DNA of 64,000 nucleotides from a virus: IMG/VR virus record IMGVR_UViG_3300028653_000010; one strand, 5' to 3'. Shown piece by piece: positions 29,201 to 37,711 of this stretch (position 1 is its first letter; each line of letters starts with the position of its first letter). The notes under the pieces were generated by a model. It saw only the letters and a program-made list of their open reading frames with translations, ran no database searches and was not told where the DNA came from. The position numbers and the translations under genes were made by a program.

Positions 29201-31657
29201 TGAGGAATCCAGCATGAAGTAGAGTGGTAGCGTCGGAGGGATGTTGACCGGACCCGATGAGATGTAGATGTTCGGGTTGGTTGCTGAATCACTGAAAACC
29301 TGTGGACTCAGTAGGTTGATGGTCGTCGTGTCGGTAGGCGCATCATAACTGGGGGCTGCGAGATAGTAGGCAGCCTCGGTCTCAATGCGAATCAAGTAGT
29401 TGGCTGGGAACTCAGCTGTTCGATTCCCTCTAACTGTGAAGGACGAAGTTCCTTGGTTGACTTGAACTGGAGTGAGGATCAAATCTGGTCGAAGGATGAC
29501 TACCGTGTTCTCACCCCCGAGCGCCTCGTAGGTGTAGTAGTCTATGTATACGTTTTCACTAGGACTTACGACAGGGCCGTGAGGGAGAGCGTCTGTTATC
29601 TTGCTGAATCCTGCCGGGGTTGGGAGAACATCCGGCAGGAATGTGATTGTAGAGCTAGCAGCATCTACCTTGACCTGAGTCTGATCCTGAGGGCGGCCCC
29701 CACGATACACAGTAGGTGAAGGATTTGAAGCCACGGTCAGCCCTGTCGGATTGAAGGGGATAACCGAGGTGGTTGTATTGTGGACCGTGAGTTCCTTCCT
29801 GTGAAGGAAGGTCCCGCGCTCACTTGTGAGAATTGGGTTCAGGACTGTTGGGTCTGGGTTGTCCTGGCTCGAAGGGTAGATCAAGTTGATTTGATCCCCA
29901 TTGAGCAAACGGAACTTAGTCTGAAATGTACCAAGATCCTTACTAACGATGTAATCTTGACCCTGCACCAGCGACGTAGTCACACTGTTTTGAACCAGAT
30001 TGACTACAACATGAGGGTCAATAAACTGGACCAGTTGGAAGTAGCGATCAGCTAGTACCTCTACGCCGCGCCGGATCTGATAGGCTACCCTAATTGGGCT
30101 ACCTGTGATCGGAGCATCAACCGTGATGTTAGTTGTATTGGTTATGCCAGTGACCGTGTAAACTCCCTTGTTTGACCCTGTTGCAATAACTAGGAAGTCA
30201 CCAACTACTACAGAGCTGAAGTCACCAGAATCATCAGAGAATACCAATGGGCTGAGTGAGTACCCACTAGATCCGCTAGTTATCACGGTACCATACTGAG
30301 AGATGAATGAGACAACCCCAGCATTGGAATCAAGGAAGATGTCCTTGCCAATAACCTGGGGGTTTCCATTCAGTAGAAATGAAGCATTGGACGAATCTAT
30401 GAAAGGATCTAGGGCTATCGCTCCGGTTTGAGCTAAAATGTTGGTAACCTGAGAGTTGACCCGAGAGGCGAAAAGTAGTTGCTTCTGATCAAAGTCTAGG
30501 GTATATCCAATTCCAGAGGGTGGGGAGGCGACGTCCAAGCGCGGTAGTGGACCAATGAAGGTTCCAGTTCCTTGTTGAACTCGGAAGGTCATTGGGTGTC
30601 CGATATCATCCACCGGGAGTACCGGAAGAAATACCATCGGGGCGCCAATGACGGGGCTAGCCAAGACAGCATTTGTGATCGGATAGACGGAGGTGACGTC
30701 ATTGACTACCGGATTCGATCCATCCCCGTTGACTGGGGAACGAAAGAAACGAATGGTCACCCCATTTTCAATGAGGAAGTCTCCTGTCCCAGATCCCGAG
30801 TCCCAAGTGGTGAGCCCTCTGGGAGTCTCAGAAAGGATCCCATCATAGTAGACTGGGAACCCGTTGAATGTGGTTTGGTCTGTGGAACTGAACCGGACTA
30901 GGCCCGTAGTCAGTGCCCACTCGAAACTGCCTGATGGTGGATCAGTGAGGTGAGCCTCGTCTGGTTGAGCAATGGGTGTGAGGTAACCGCCGAACCCAAA
31001 CTTGACGAGAGGGTACTGTCCAGCTTCAGGGATGGGGTTCAGGATAACTGTATCAGTACCGAGAACCCCAATCCGTCCATTGGACTCCTTCAAGGGGAAC
31101 GGAGCTTGCTGCTGGAATAGTACAGTTTGCCCACTGTAAGTTGTGAGATCTCCTGTATTCCAGTTCAAGTTCCCAGTAGAGAGGCTGATCTCGACAACCC
31201 CACTCGCCGGAGAACCAAAGGAGGCGTCGGTGAGAACTGGTGAAGTGGTGAAGGTGATCCCACTACCAATGAAGCCAAGGGCGATGCGATACGGGGCGGA
31301 TCCAGCCGGTGGGGTTACCTTCAACCGAGTCGTATTTGAGTTAACCTCTAGAACCCCAACTACTGTTCGCGGGCCGCCTGGGAGTGATTTGAAGTTCCCT
31401 ACTGTACCGTCGTAATCGAACCTCTGGTTGCTAGTCTCGTTCTTGGTCCACCCAAACAACACTGCGGGTAGGTTCCCACCTTGCAGGACGACTACCAAGT
31501 ACTCAGTTCTACCAGGGTGGACCTCGTCATTCGATGGGAATGCGCTGTTGAATACACCAGAATCAGAGATCAGATCGTCGGGGCTTGATGTGTATGGGCT
31601 ATTAGCAGAACCTACACGAGGTTTCTCCAATAAGTACCCGTTAAGTTGGAAGGACAT
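26294..31657 (-). CDS. Giant virion structural protein (1787 aa), baseplate-associated
   Basis: Thr/Ser/Val-rich beta composition, repeated DF..SGV..GD modules and a C-terminal helix; lies between the spike and wedge genes. Confidence 0.6.
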   Translation of the reverse strand: MSFQLNGYLLEKPRVGSANSPYTSSPDDLISDSGVFNSAFPSNDEVHPGRTEYLVVVLQGGNLPAVLFGWTKNETSNQRFDYDGTVGNFKSLPGGPRTVVGVLEVNSNTTRLKVTPPAGSAPYRIALGFIGSGITFTTSPVLTDASFGSPASGVVEISLSTGNLNWNTGDLTTYSGQTVLFQQQAPFPLKESNGRIGVLGTDTVILNPIPEAGQYPLVKFGFGGYLTPIAQPDEAHLTDPPSGSFEWALTTGLVRFSSTDQTTFNGFPVYYDGILSETPRGLTTWDSGSGTGDFLIENGVTIRFFRSPVNGDGSNPVVNDVTSVYPITNAVLASPVIGAPMVFLPVLPVDDIGHPMTFRVQQGTGTFIGPLPRLDVASPPSGIGYTLDFDQKQLLFASRVNSQVTNILAQTGAIALDPFIDSSNASFLLNGNPQVIGKDIFLDSNAGVVSFISQYGTVITSGSSGYSLSPLVFSDDSGDFSSVVVGDFLVIATGSNKGVYTVTGITNTTNITVDAPITGSPIRVAYQIRRGVEVLADRYFQLVQFIDPHVVVNLVQNSVTTSLVQGQDYIVSKDLGTFQTKFRLLNGDQINLIYPSSQDNPDPTVLNPILTSERGTFLHRKELTVHNTTTSVIPFNPTGLTVASNPSPTVYRGGRPQDQTQVKVDAASSTITFLPDVLPTPAGFSKITDALPHGPVVSPSENVYIDYYTYEALGGENTVVILRPDLILTPVQVNQGTSSFTVRGNRTAEFPANYLIRIETEAAYYLAAPSYDAPTDTTTINLLSPQVFSDSATNPNIYISSGPVNIPPTLPLYFMLDSSVFSSISRGMNQITIPGSDLSGVYVSGISLYFAVGGYNDFYLVSGSSYNATTNATTVTLTAPTLRQYLYSSATLYRSVRPIYESTTVNLQTSGTPVVPVATPPVTLLDTILLYRKVSGQIGQILASPGDFKIDDTGKITLTVALQPSEEVSLFYTKHRIVQPGTLSSSYTHTIVPTKENGLLNQILTYSASTYIPDSFYVRVETMGNFRGQMAVNFQTQAQASAPSSGPRVSNTSQPQLFEQGNKSLFFDEGEFANEDVVARSTLKFYNDTINCLEDVLKQMDGRVVGDYDGLFKFDGSTGNSAPSISAANNQIDDIISLAFGDVIRAYQSGTQSRFYPTASSVAQIILQGVNTGDPIMNLGTKPITGSSPTFFRRFQRALITRDAKAGDTTLHVDTTAEVSSPPTRPAFTTGLLVNIANYYASYVTDAAPVTITSVSPTSLGVSALPVDVPAGATVYLSVQDTAYPPKSYRVGIDVTLDTTNGYLLYVQPIPVIGQAPVGGDILQGTVFYGNTLTSPKKIPALYGQTLTDSGDQLYPLINPSPICESNPVGANLLATELGYVQSGGILTPPNIEEPFIGVGSLFSNLFVVLDTGNFPSPIPQPGDLVRILTGSVPVVDPSYHVIKFATPNYVIVETPFPIDDSGFSFEITVSSNIGSISSASTAGTTLTDGTATFISSGVKPGYTVVASQLGPSYQRRQVVSVDSETQLTLDISFSPGLSSSGYRICNPLNTFSDLSVVINAVSSLWGVVGFEITRIQDYFTSVSTDRLSPALTSGTVAGSTITDNSVDFIASGVQVGDYVVSPGFFKITQLVDSHNIIVDSAPPPGATTFRVVSVFGASEATLQALYLILQQCIAFSNSFGPWYSQLTTSISVVPDTNAIAYGLDPTTIASRVTLDTARQTQVVNAISFIQSVLLSTDKLYDSRYVWIDERINFQTGLLVQQQRAVANRIKAQQDALNAMLKLLAVQ

Positions 31658-31718
31658 TATGCTGCCCTCTCACAAGACTTACGACTCTCGGTACGCACTC
31701 GGTGGCAGACTTTCTCTG

Positions 31719-31743
31719 ACATCTGATCCTCATCTACAATCTA
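31719..31743 (-). repeat. RRAT(C/G/T) short-repeat array upstream of the 1787-aa structural gene
   Basis: Minus strand AGATTGT-AGATG-AGGATC-AGATGT. Confidence 0.5.
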
Positions 31744-32310
31744 GATTATTGAGCCTTGGCCAGTTCCTGATGAAGGGGATGGGCCGCCAGCTCCTACAAT
31801 AGCAACTGGCAAAACAAGAGTCTGAATGGCAAGGCTAAGAGCGAGTGAGATCGCGTTTGCCTTCTTGGAAGCCCCTTGACCCGTGATCCCTGCACTCGAA
31901 AACCCCTGCATAAGAGATGAAAAAGCAGGCGGCCCTGTAATCCTAGCTATTGCAGCGCCCGCTCCCACTGAAGGGTGGGTCGTGCTGATCACTCCCTGAG
32001 AGAAACCTATGAACAATCCATTCGCAATTGCAACAGCTTCCAATGGAGCCATTACACCTAACTGGCCATTAGCCGCATAGGCGATCAGTAGGTTGGTCAT
32101 GATGAGTGGCTGAGGAATGATGAGAGGAGCTAGGCCCTTGCCTGCCCCAACCACGCCAGCATCAACAGTGACCACCTTGAGCTTCTGAACCCAAAGCGCG
32201 ATCCCCTGCCCAATCCCAGACCCAAGCTGAGGTACAGCAGGCCCTATCAGTCCACCTGCAAAGATAGCTCCGGTTATCGTTGCGCTAAGAACTGGGGCAA
32301 CTAGCGGCAT
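31741..32310 (-). CDS. Small Gly/Ala-rich protein downstream of the spike (spike-associated?)
   Basis: 189-aa hydrophobic ORF with an internal duplication, immediately after the gp5-like gene. Confidence 0.55.
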   Translation of the reverse strand: MPLVAPVLSATITGAIFAGGLIGPAVPQLGSGIGQGIALWVQKLKVVTVDAGVVGAGKGLAPLIIPQPLIMTNLLIAYAANGQLGVMAPLEAVAIANGLFIGFSQGVISTTHPSVGAGAAIARITGPPAFSSLMQGFSSAGITGQGASKKANAISLALSLAIQTLVLPVAIVGAGGPSPSSGTGQGSII

Positions 32311-34497
32311 TCAATTGGCCCCCACAGATAGGGACCCTTGCAAGGGTAGGCCGGTTACCCAGTCAAGGCTTGGTGATCCTGGCGGCATCATGGGTGTTCC
32401 ACGTGCAACACCCAAAACTGCCGTAGGACCGCCAAGTTGAACACGAGGAGCAGTCAGCATGATGAGGGTCGAAGCCGTCAGGTTCATTGCCAGACCGGCT
32501 GTAATTGCAACCGCTCCTAGCCCGGCAGTCATCGAGATTGCGCCAGCTCCGGTTGAAAGAGTCACCGCTCCAACTCCAGTCGTAACGGAGATTGCCCCTG
32601 TCCCAACCGTTACTGAGTATGCACCTGCCGCGCAATTGACAGATACTGCACCCGCGGCAACTGTGGTGGTCTTGGCTCCCGCAAGGATGTTCTCGATGTG
32701 ACCCCCCGCAAGGATGGTGCAAAGCTTACCGCCAAGGGCTACTGTCTCTTGGTAGAGGAGAGCGTAGTAGTTCTGAGTCTTGCCAGAAATAGTCGAGTTC
32801 CAACCCCCTACGTTGGCGTTCAGCCCGTTCAGCCCATGAAGATTGATAGTACTCGCCTTGATAGTGTAACTGCCGTCTACAGTCTTCTGGTAGCTCCCCT
32901 TCACTACCTGGAGGTCTGTTCCAGAAACGTGGGTCTCGTTGTTACCTTGGACGTCGATACTGTGGGCGACGTCATCAACAGAGTTCGAGCCCCCGCGAAA
33001 GATATTCTTAATTGCCCCACGGAAGTTGGTCGTAATGCACTGACCATTTGCATCAGACCCCACATCGAGGAAGATCCCGCCCTCACAAGTGAGGTGAATC
33101 GAGTACTTCTCTGGCGAGTTAGCACCGATATGGGCCTTGATAGCCCCTTCCAAGTTGGCTTCAACCGAGACGTTCTTCGATGAGTAGTTCTCATTGGAGG
33201 ATGCAGGGATATTGACGAACAACTTCCCTTGCTTGGACACAGAAACTGCGAACGGATTCCTTGAAGCGGCTCTCGGGGGAGAGATCTTGAGGAGGTAGGC
33301 CGCCGCCATGGTCATAGCCTCGTCCACCGTTGTACTGGGCGGGCGTAGACACTCTTCCATCGAAAACCCAGAGGGTGCCCCACTCTGGTCGAAGGACTCG
33401 AATATCTTAGGTTTCAGGACCTTGCCGTACTGACGTTGCCCAAGCGTCGAGAATGGATCATTCCCGACTAGGGTACCCAGAACGTACTCTATGTATGCTC
33501 GCGGGCGGTCAACACTGAAACCATCGATCTCTTCGAGTACCTCCTGAGTCAGATCGGTATCGTGATGAATCTCTACCCTGCGCTCGGTAAATGCCCTTAG
33601 AGATCCACCATTTAGAGGATCTTCAAAGTTTGTGGCCGCATTCCCTGAAGCATAGAACACCTGGCGCCCATTTGAATAAGTCAGAGCCGGGAACTCGGTC
33701 TCGTCATTGATTCGGTCGAGAGCCTTGTTGGTAGTCGGGTCAATGAATGTCGAGGAGCCTACCCCTGCCTTGGCCAGGTCATCACGCCCGAAGTATCGAG
33801 TATCTTGGCCCCTAACCACATTGGTGAAGGCTCCCTTGGAGTCCTTCTCGAAGATCTCCAAGGGCAAGTTCATTGCCCCTCGCCGGACTGCTCCCGAGAA
33901 GACGTAGGCAGCCGAGTCAGACTCCACACGGTGAAGAGCTTGACTCACGAGGGTACGATCAACATCCCTCAGTTCTATGAAGTCTCCGCCACGGTTGATG
34001 AACCTAACATCCTGAGACAACTGCATCTCAGACCCATCCGCGGACATCCCCACGATATCCCCAGAGCGCCCCTTGATGCGCTTGTATCTGACCGTAGGTC
34101 CGTAGACCTTGGCAACGTCGGACTCATCCCCAGGATCGATCTCACCTGGAGGGACCGGTGCAAATGGATCAAACTTCAGCCCAAGCTTATTCCCTATCGG
34201 TAGGTAGCCAAGGATGACTGCCTCGTAAACCTGTTTGCTGCGCCGTCGGTACCCGAGGATGACCATTGCCCCGATTTCGGGGATACCGCCAAGAAAACTA
34301 CGAGGTCCCGCCAGAGGTTGAATCAGGTCCAACTCATAGCGATTCCCAGATCCCGTGATGATCTTCACATCAGCTTTGAAGTTTAGCTCATCAACTCGTG
34401 TGATAATCCCCACCTTCAGAGTACCAAAGGGGTTATCATTGCTAGCGAAGTCGCTATTCGGGACCTTGCCGTATGGAATATTTGGACCGTTGTGCAT
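32311..34497 (-). CDS. Baseplate central spike (gp5 / gpV / VgrG-like)
   Basis: N-terminal OB-fold motif GIITRVD...GGIPEIGAMVILGY; C-terminal beta-helix repeats (GAISVTTGVGAVTLSTGAGAISMTAG). Confidence 0.8.
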   Translation of the reverse strand: MHNGPNIPYGKVPNSDFASNDNPFGTLKVGIITRVDELNFKADVKIITGSGNRYELDLIQPLAGPRSFLGGIPEIGAMVILGYRRRSKQVYEAVILGYLPIGNKLGLKFDPFAPVPPGEIDPGDESDVAKVYGPTVRYKRIKGRSGDIVGMSADGSEMQLSQDVRFINRGGDFIELRDVDRTLVSQALHRVESDSAAYVFSGAVRRGAMNLPLEIFEKDSKGAFTNVVRGQDTRYFGRDDLAKAGVGSSTFIDPTTNKALDRINDETEFPALTYSNGRQVFYASGNAATNFEDPLNGGSLRAFTERRVEIHHDTDLTQEVLEEIDGFSVDRPRAYIEYVLGTLVGNDPFSTLGQRQYGKVLKPKIFESFDQSGAPSGFSMEECLRPPSTTVDEAMTMAAAYLLKISPPRAASRNPFAVSVSKQGKLFVNIPASSNENYSSKNVSVEANLEGAIKAHIGANSPEKYSIHLTCEGGIFLDVGSDANGQCITTNFRGAIKNIFRGGSNSVDDVAHSIDVQGNNETHVSGTDLQVVKGSYQKTVDGSYTIKASTINLHGLNGLNANVGGWNSTISGKTQNYYALLYQETVALGGKLCTILAGGHIENILAGAKTTTVAAGAVSVNCAAGAYSVTVGTGAISVTTGVGAVTLSTGAGAISMTAGLGAVAITAGLAMNLTASTLIMLTAPRVQLGGPTAVLGVARGTPMMPPGSPSLDWVTGLPLQGSLSVGAN

Positions 34498-34499
34498 GG

Positions 34500-37400
34500 T
34501 TACCCGAGCTGATCTAGTTGAGCCTGCAGGTTAGCTATCGCCTGTGGACTACCGTTGTCTGACTTTAGGTTGGCAATCTCCTGAGCTAGTTGAGCCCTCT
34601 TCTGACTCTTTTGCAGGTTAGATCCAAAACTTGAGAATGCTTGACTCAAGTCACTCCTAGAGGACACCGCTTGTTGAGCGGTAGCTACAGGATCACCAAG
34701 AGCCGCTCGATTAGAGGAGGAGAACGGTGGTGCAAAGTTACCAAACTCTTGATCTTGTGCAGAGGTGGTGAACAGGTCTGGTTGCTTTCGAATGTCAGGT
34801 TCCAACCCTGAGGGGTCCCCTCGAAGGGCATTCTCAAGTTGCTGATGGGGTGCATCCAACGCTTTGTAGAGAGTAGCTAAGTACTGCTCCACCCTCTGAA
34901 TCACGTCACTGGACTTACCCACCGGAGCCAGTGGTTGGGTAAGGTCCTCATCAGACAGAAGAGAGAATGACGTTGTAGCCCCAGTGACAGTACTGCCTTG
35001 AAGTGACTCTCCCGCCGCAGAAGACGATGCAGTGATGGCGCTGACTTGGTAACCAACATTGATGAAAGCCAGATCGTCACTGCCGGATTGACAGCTACAT
35101 CGAGCATCACCAGGGACTAGGTCGGCTCGAATAGTCATCTCAGCCAGAGTCAGAGCGCGAGAGAGTGTCGAAGCCTCCACACTCGTTGGAACCCCCTTAT
35201 CCTCTGGTGACCCAAGAGGAGCTACATCGACGAAGTTGTTTGCCGTCGATACAAATTGTGGCTTCTTGATCCCATCCTCTCCGGTGATTAAAGCGGCCGC
35301 CGTTTGAACATCATCGGGAGTGAGCCTAGCCACTGTATCAGCTGGGTTGGCATAGGAGGTAGTGAACGCCGTGATCCCTTGGGACTGGGCATTGAGGGTT
35401 GACAGGAGATCTCCAGCAAGCGCCAGCTGGACCCCAACTTGAACAGAGGTGTTGGTACCACCTGGGTTGTAGACCAAAGACCCGTCACGCATGGACACCC
35501 CGCGCCCATACCGGAAGTGACCAATTACCTCGAACCCTCGCTCATCAGATACAGGACGAACCATAGTGTTGGGGTTGTTGAGTTTGATGTCGCTATTTGT
35601 GAAAGTTGAGTTTGACGCTGAGCCATCCTTCGTAACTGCAATATTCTTGGAGGGCATCAAAGCGAACTGAGTAACAGACTTGTCTACATCATGGGCATAT
35701 ACGTAAACCCCAGCAGAATTAAGTCCGTATGAGTACCTATTGTGGGAGTACTTATTCTGAAGGTTCACGAAGTTATCCGGGTCTAACCGAACCCGGTCGA
35801 CTTCCTCTTGAACAGCTTGTCGCTGCTTAACTTTGGCCTTGTTGTCCTTACTTACGACAGTGTTAGTTCCAGGCTTCTTCTGGCCAGCAATCGAATCGTA
35901 AGCAGATCTAGGGTCGTAGGGTCTTGAGTAGACCATCACTACGTTTGGGTACCCTACAACCTTACCCGTCTTCGGGTGGCGAAGAATCAAGGGCTGGTAT
36001 GGATCCATGGTTGCTGGGTCATCAGGGTCTACATTGATAGGCGGTAGCGTAGCAGCGTCCCCAAGATCCAACTTGAATGAGGTCTGCGCCAACTGACGAG
36101 TAGTGAGGGGAGCTGGGTTAGTATCAGTCTGAGTCGTGACCACCTTCGAGTTTTGGTTGGATGGGGACTTAGCCTTGAAAGCTCCGGTGTTCAATGTAGC
36201 TATGCCCTTGGGGGCAATGAACTTTTGCCTACGCGCGGTAAGGGATAGTTGGGTTGTAGTCCTCCCACCGAACTGAATATTGTGGTTTATACCCCTGATG
36301 TACCAAGTCTCATCTAGCGGAGCCACATAAACTGGGAAACCAAGGCGCAACTCAGGGCGATGAGGGATCGTGATAGTAGCTTGATTTCGTTTACAATTGA
36401 TCCGGTCAAGGATGTCCAGCCCGTGGTAGAACATCCTCATCGTATCACCCATGAATTCAGATGGGTATGTGTGTGACCTCCAACCGTACTTCCTCAAAAG
36501 ATGGTAGTCGGTGACACTTGTGAAAGGAGAGACTTCAGCCCCGAACCCGTAATCGACGTTACCCCCAAAGTTACCCTCAATAGTCAGCTGAGTGACAACC
36601 TCAGACTCGGAGTCAGTGAAGTCCCAGTCTAGGATGTCAATGTCCTGAATCCAAGAGATTGGCTTATTGGATATGATATCTAGGTTGAAAAACGGTGGCT
36701 TGAATACGATATCCCCAGTAACATCCATGTAGAATTCAAATCCTACAGCCTCTTTACAAGCATTAGCGATTTCGAGCTTGGTCTGGTACTCCGATTGCCA
36801 GAAGTTAACCTCACCCGCTTGAGGGAACTGAGTTCGGAAGGCGGTTACCCCTGGGTCAGATGGGTCGAAGATCAACTGGGCTGCTGCTGATCCACCATTG
36901 GCGTTCCTAAATGCATTGGCTATCGTTTGCTGCCCTGGAGTTGCTTTCCCAGACTTGTAGGCATGAGCTATCGAGTCACCTCGAATAGCAATCCCATTGA
37001 CCCCATATAGTAGTAGGTTAGAGCGGATCTTAGTGAACCGACTCTCCCAGTACTGCATGATGTCCCCCATAGCTGTCCGAAATGTCTCCTTCTGAGACTG
37101 CTCTTTGATCAAGCTTGTGAGGGATCCAGTAGCCACAATGGCATCACCGAAAGCCATATTTGAGAGTGAGAAGATCGTATCGTAGACGTTGGTTCCATAC
37201 AGCGTGTTACCGAAGATGGAGCGTCCGAGCTGAGGATTAGCCCCGGTGAACGCGGGGTTGATGTTCATCCTGCAGAGTTCCCACCACTTCAGAATATCCG
37301 CGCACTGAATAGTTACGGTATGCTCTCCGCCGGAGAAACTACTTCCAACTTCAGTGACAATACCCCAGAATAGAGGGTAGTACTGAGGGAGCCCTTCAAG

Positions 37401-37709
37401 TGTGTAGTAACCCTTGGAGTAGATCTCAACCTCCATCATCGTAGTGATGACAGGGTTACCGTTGAAGTAGAAGTCGTCTATTGTATGTCGAGGGACACTC
37501 AAACTGATGCTAGCGCTACCAGGGACGCTATCGATGTCCAAGTTAACTTGAATGCTTGTGATGTATTTGCCTAGATCAAACTTCCTCTTGCAGCTCGGGC
37601 AGCCTATGAGGTCAGTCTCCCCGTTGATAAACACCATGGCGTCGGGCGCGATAGCTATCGTCGGCCTCACGTTTGGTTGATAGTTACCTTGAAATGGTCC
37701 GCGAGGCAT
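34500..37709 (-). CDS. Baseplate hub protein (T4 gp27 / Mu gp44-like) with a long C-terminal extension
   Basis: FEFYMDVTGDIVFKPPF, RPELRLGFPV and WYIRGINHNIQFG.RTTTQLSL hub-type motifs; lies upstream of the spike. Confidence 0.75.
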   Translation of the reverse strand: MPRGPFQGNYQPNVRPTIAIAPDAMVFINGETDLIGCPSCKRKFDLGKYITSIQVNLDIDSVPGSASISLSVPRHTIDDFYFNGNPVITTMMEVEIYSKGYYTLEGLPQYYPLFWGIVTEVGSSFSGGEHTVTIQCADILKWWELCRMNINPAFTGANPQLGRSIFGNTLYGTNVYDTIFSLSNMAFGDAIVATGSLTSLIKEQSQKETFRTAMGDIMQYWESRFTKIRSNLLLYGVNGIAIRGDSIAHAYKSGKATPGQQTIANAFRNANGGSAAAQLIFDPSDPGVTAFRTQFPQAGEVNFWQSEYQTKLEIANACKEAVGFEFYMDVTGDIVFKPPFFNLDIISNKPISWIQDIDILDWDFTDSESEVVTQLTIEGNFGGNVDYGFGAEVSPFTSVTDYHLLRKYGWRSHTYPSEFMGDTMRMFYHGLDILDRINCKRNQATITIPHRPELRLGFPVYVAPLDETWYIRGINHNIQFGGRTTTQLSLTARRQKFIAPKGIATLNTGAFKAKSPSNQNSKVVTTQTDTNPAPLTTRQLAQTSFKLDLGDAATLPPINVDPDDPATMDPYQPLILRHPKTGKVVGYPNVVMVYSRPYDPRSAYDSIAGQKKPGTNTVVSKDNKAKVKQRQAVQEEVDRVRLDPDNFVNLQNKYSHNRYSYGLNSAGVYVYAHDVDKSVTQFALMPSKNIAVTKDGSASNSTFTNSDIKLNNPNTMVRPVSDERGFEVIGHFRYGRGVSMRDGSLVYNPGGTNTSVQVGVQLALAGDLLSTLNAQSQGITAFTTSYANPADTVARLTPDDVQTAAALITGEDGIKKPQFVSTANNFVDVAPLGSPEDKGVPTSVEASTLSRALTLAEMTIRADLVPGDARCSCQSGSDDLAFINVGYQVSAITASSSAAGESLQGSTVTGATTSFSLLSDEDLTQPLAPVGKSSDVIQRVEQYLATLYKALDAPHQQLENALRGDPSGLEPDIRKQPDLFTTSAQDQEFGNFAPPFSSSNRAALGDPVATAQQAVSSRSDLSQAFSSFGSNLQKSQKRAQLAQEIANLKSDNGSPQAIANLQAQLDQLG

Positions 37710-37711
37710 AA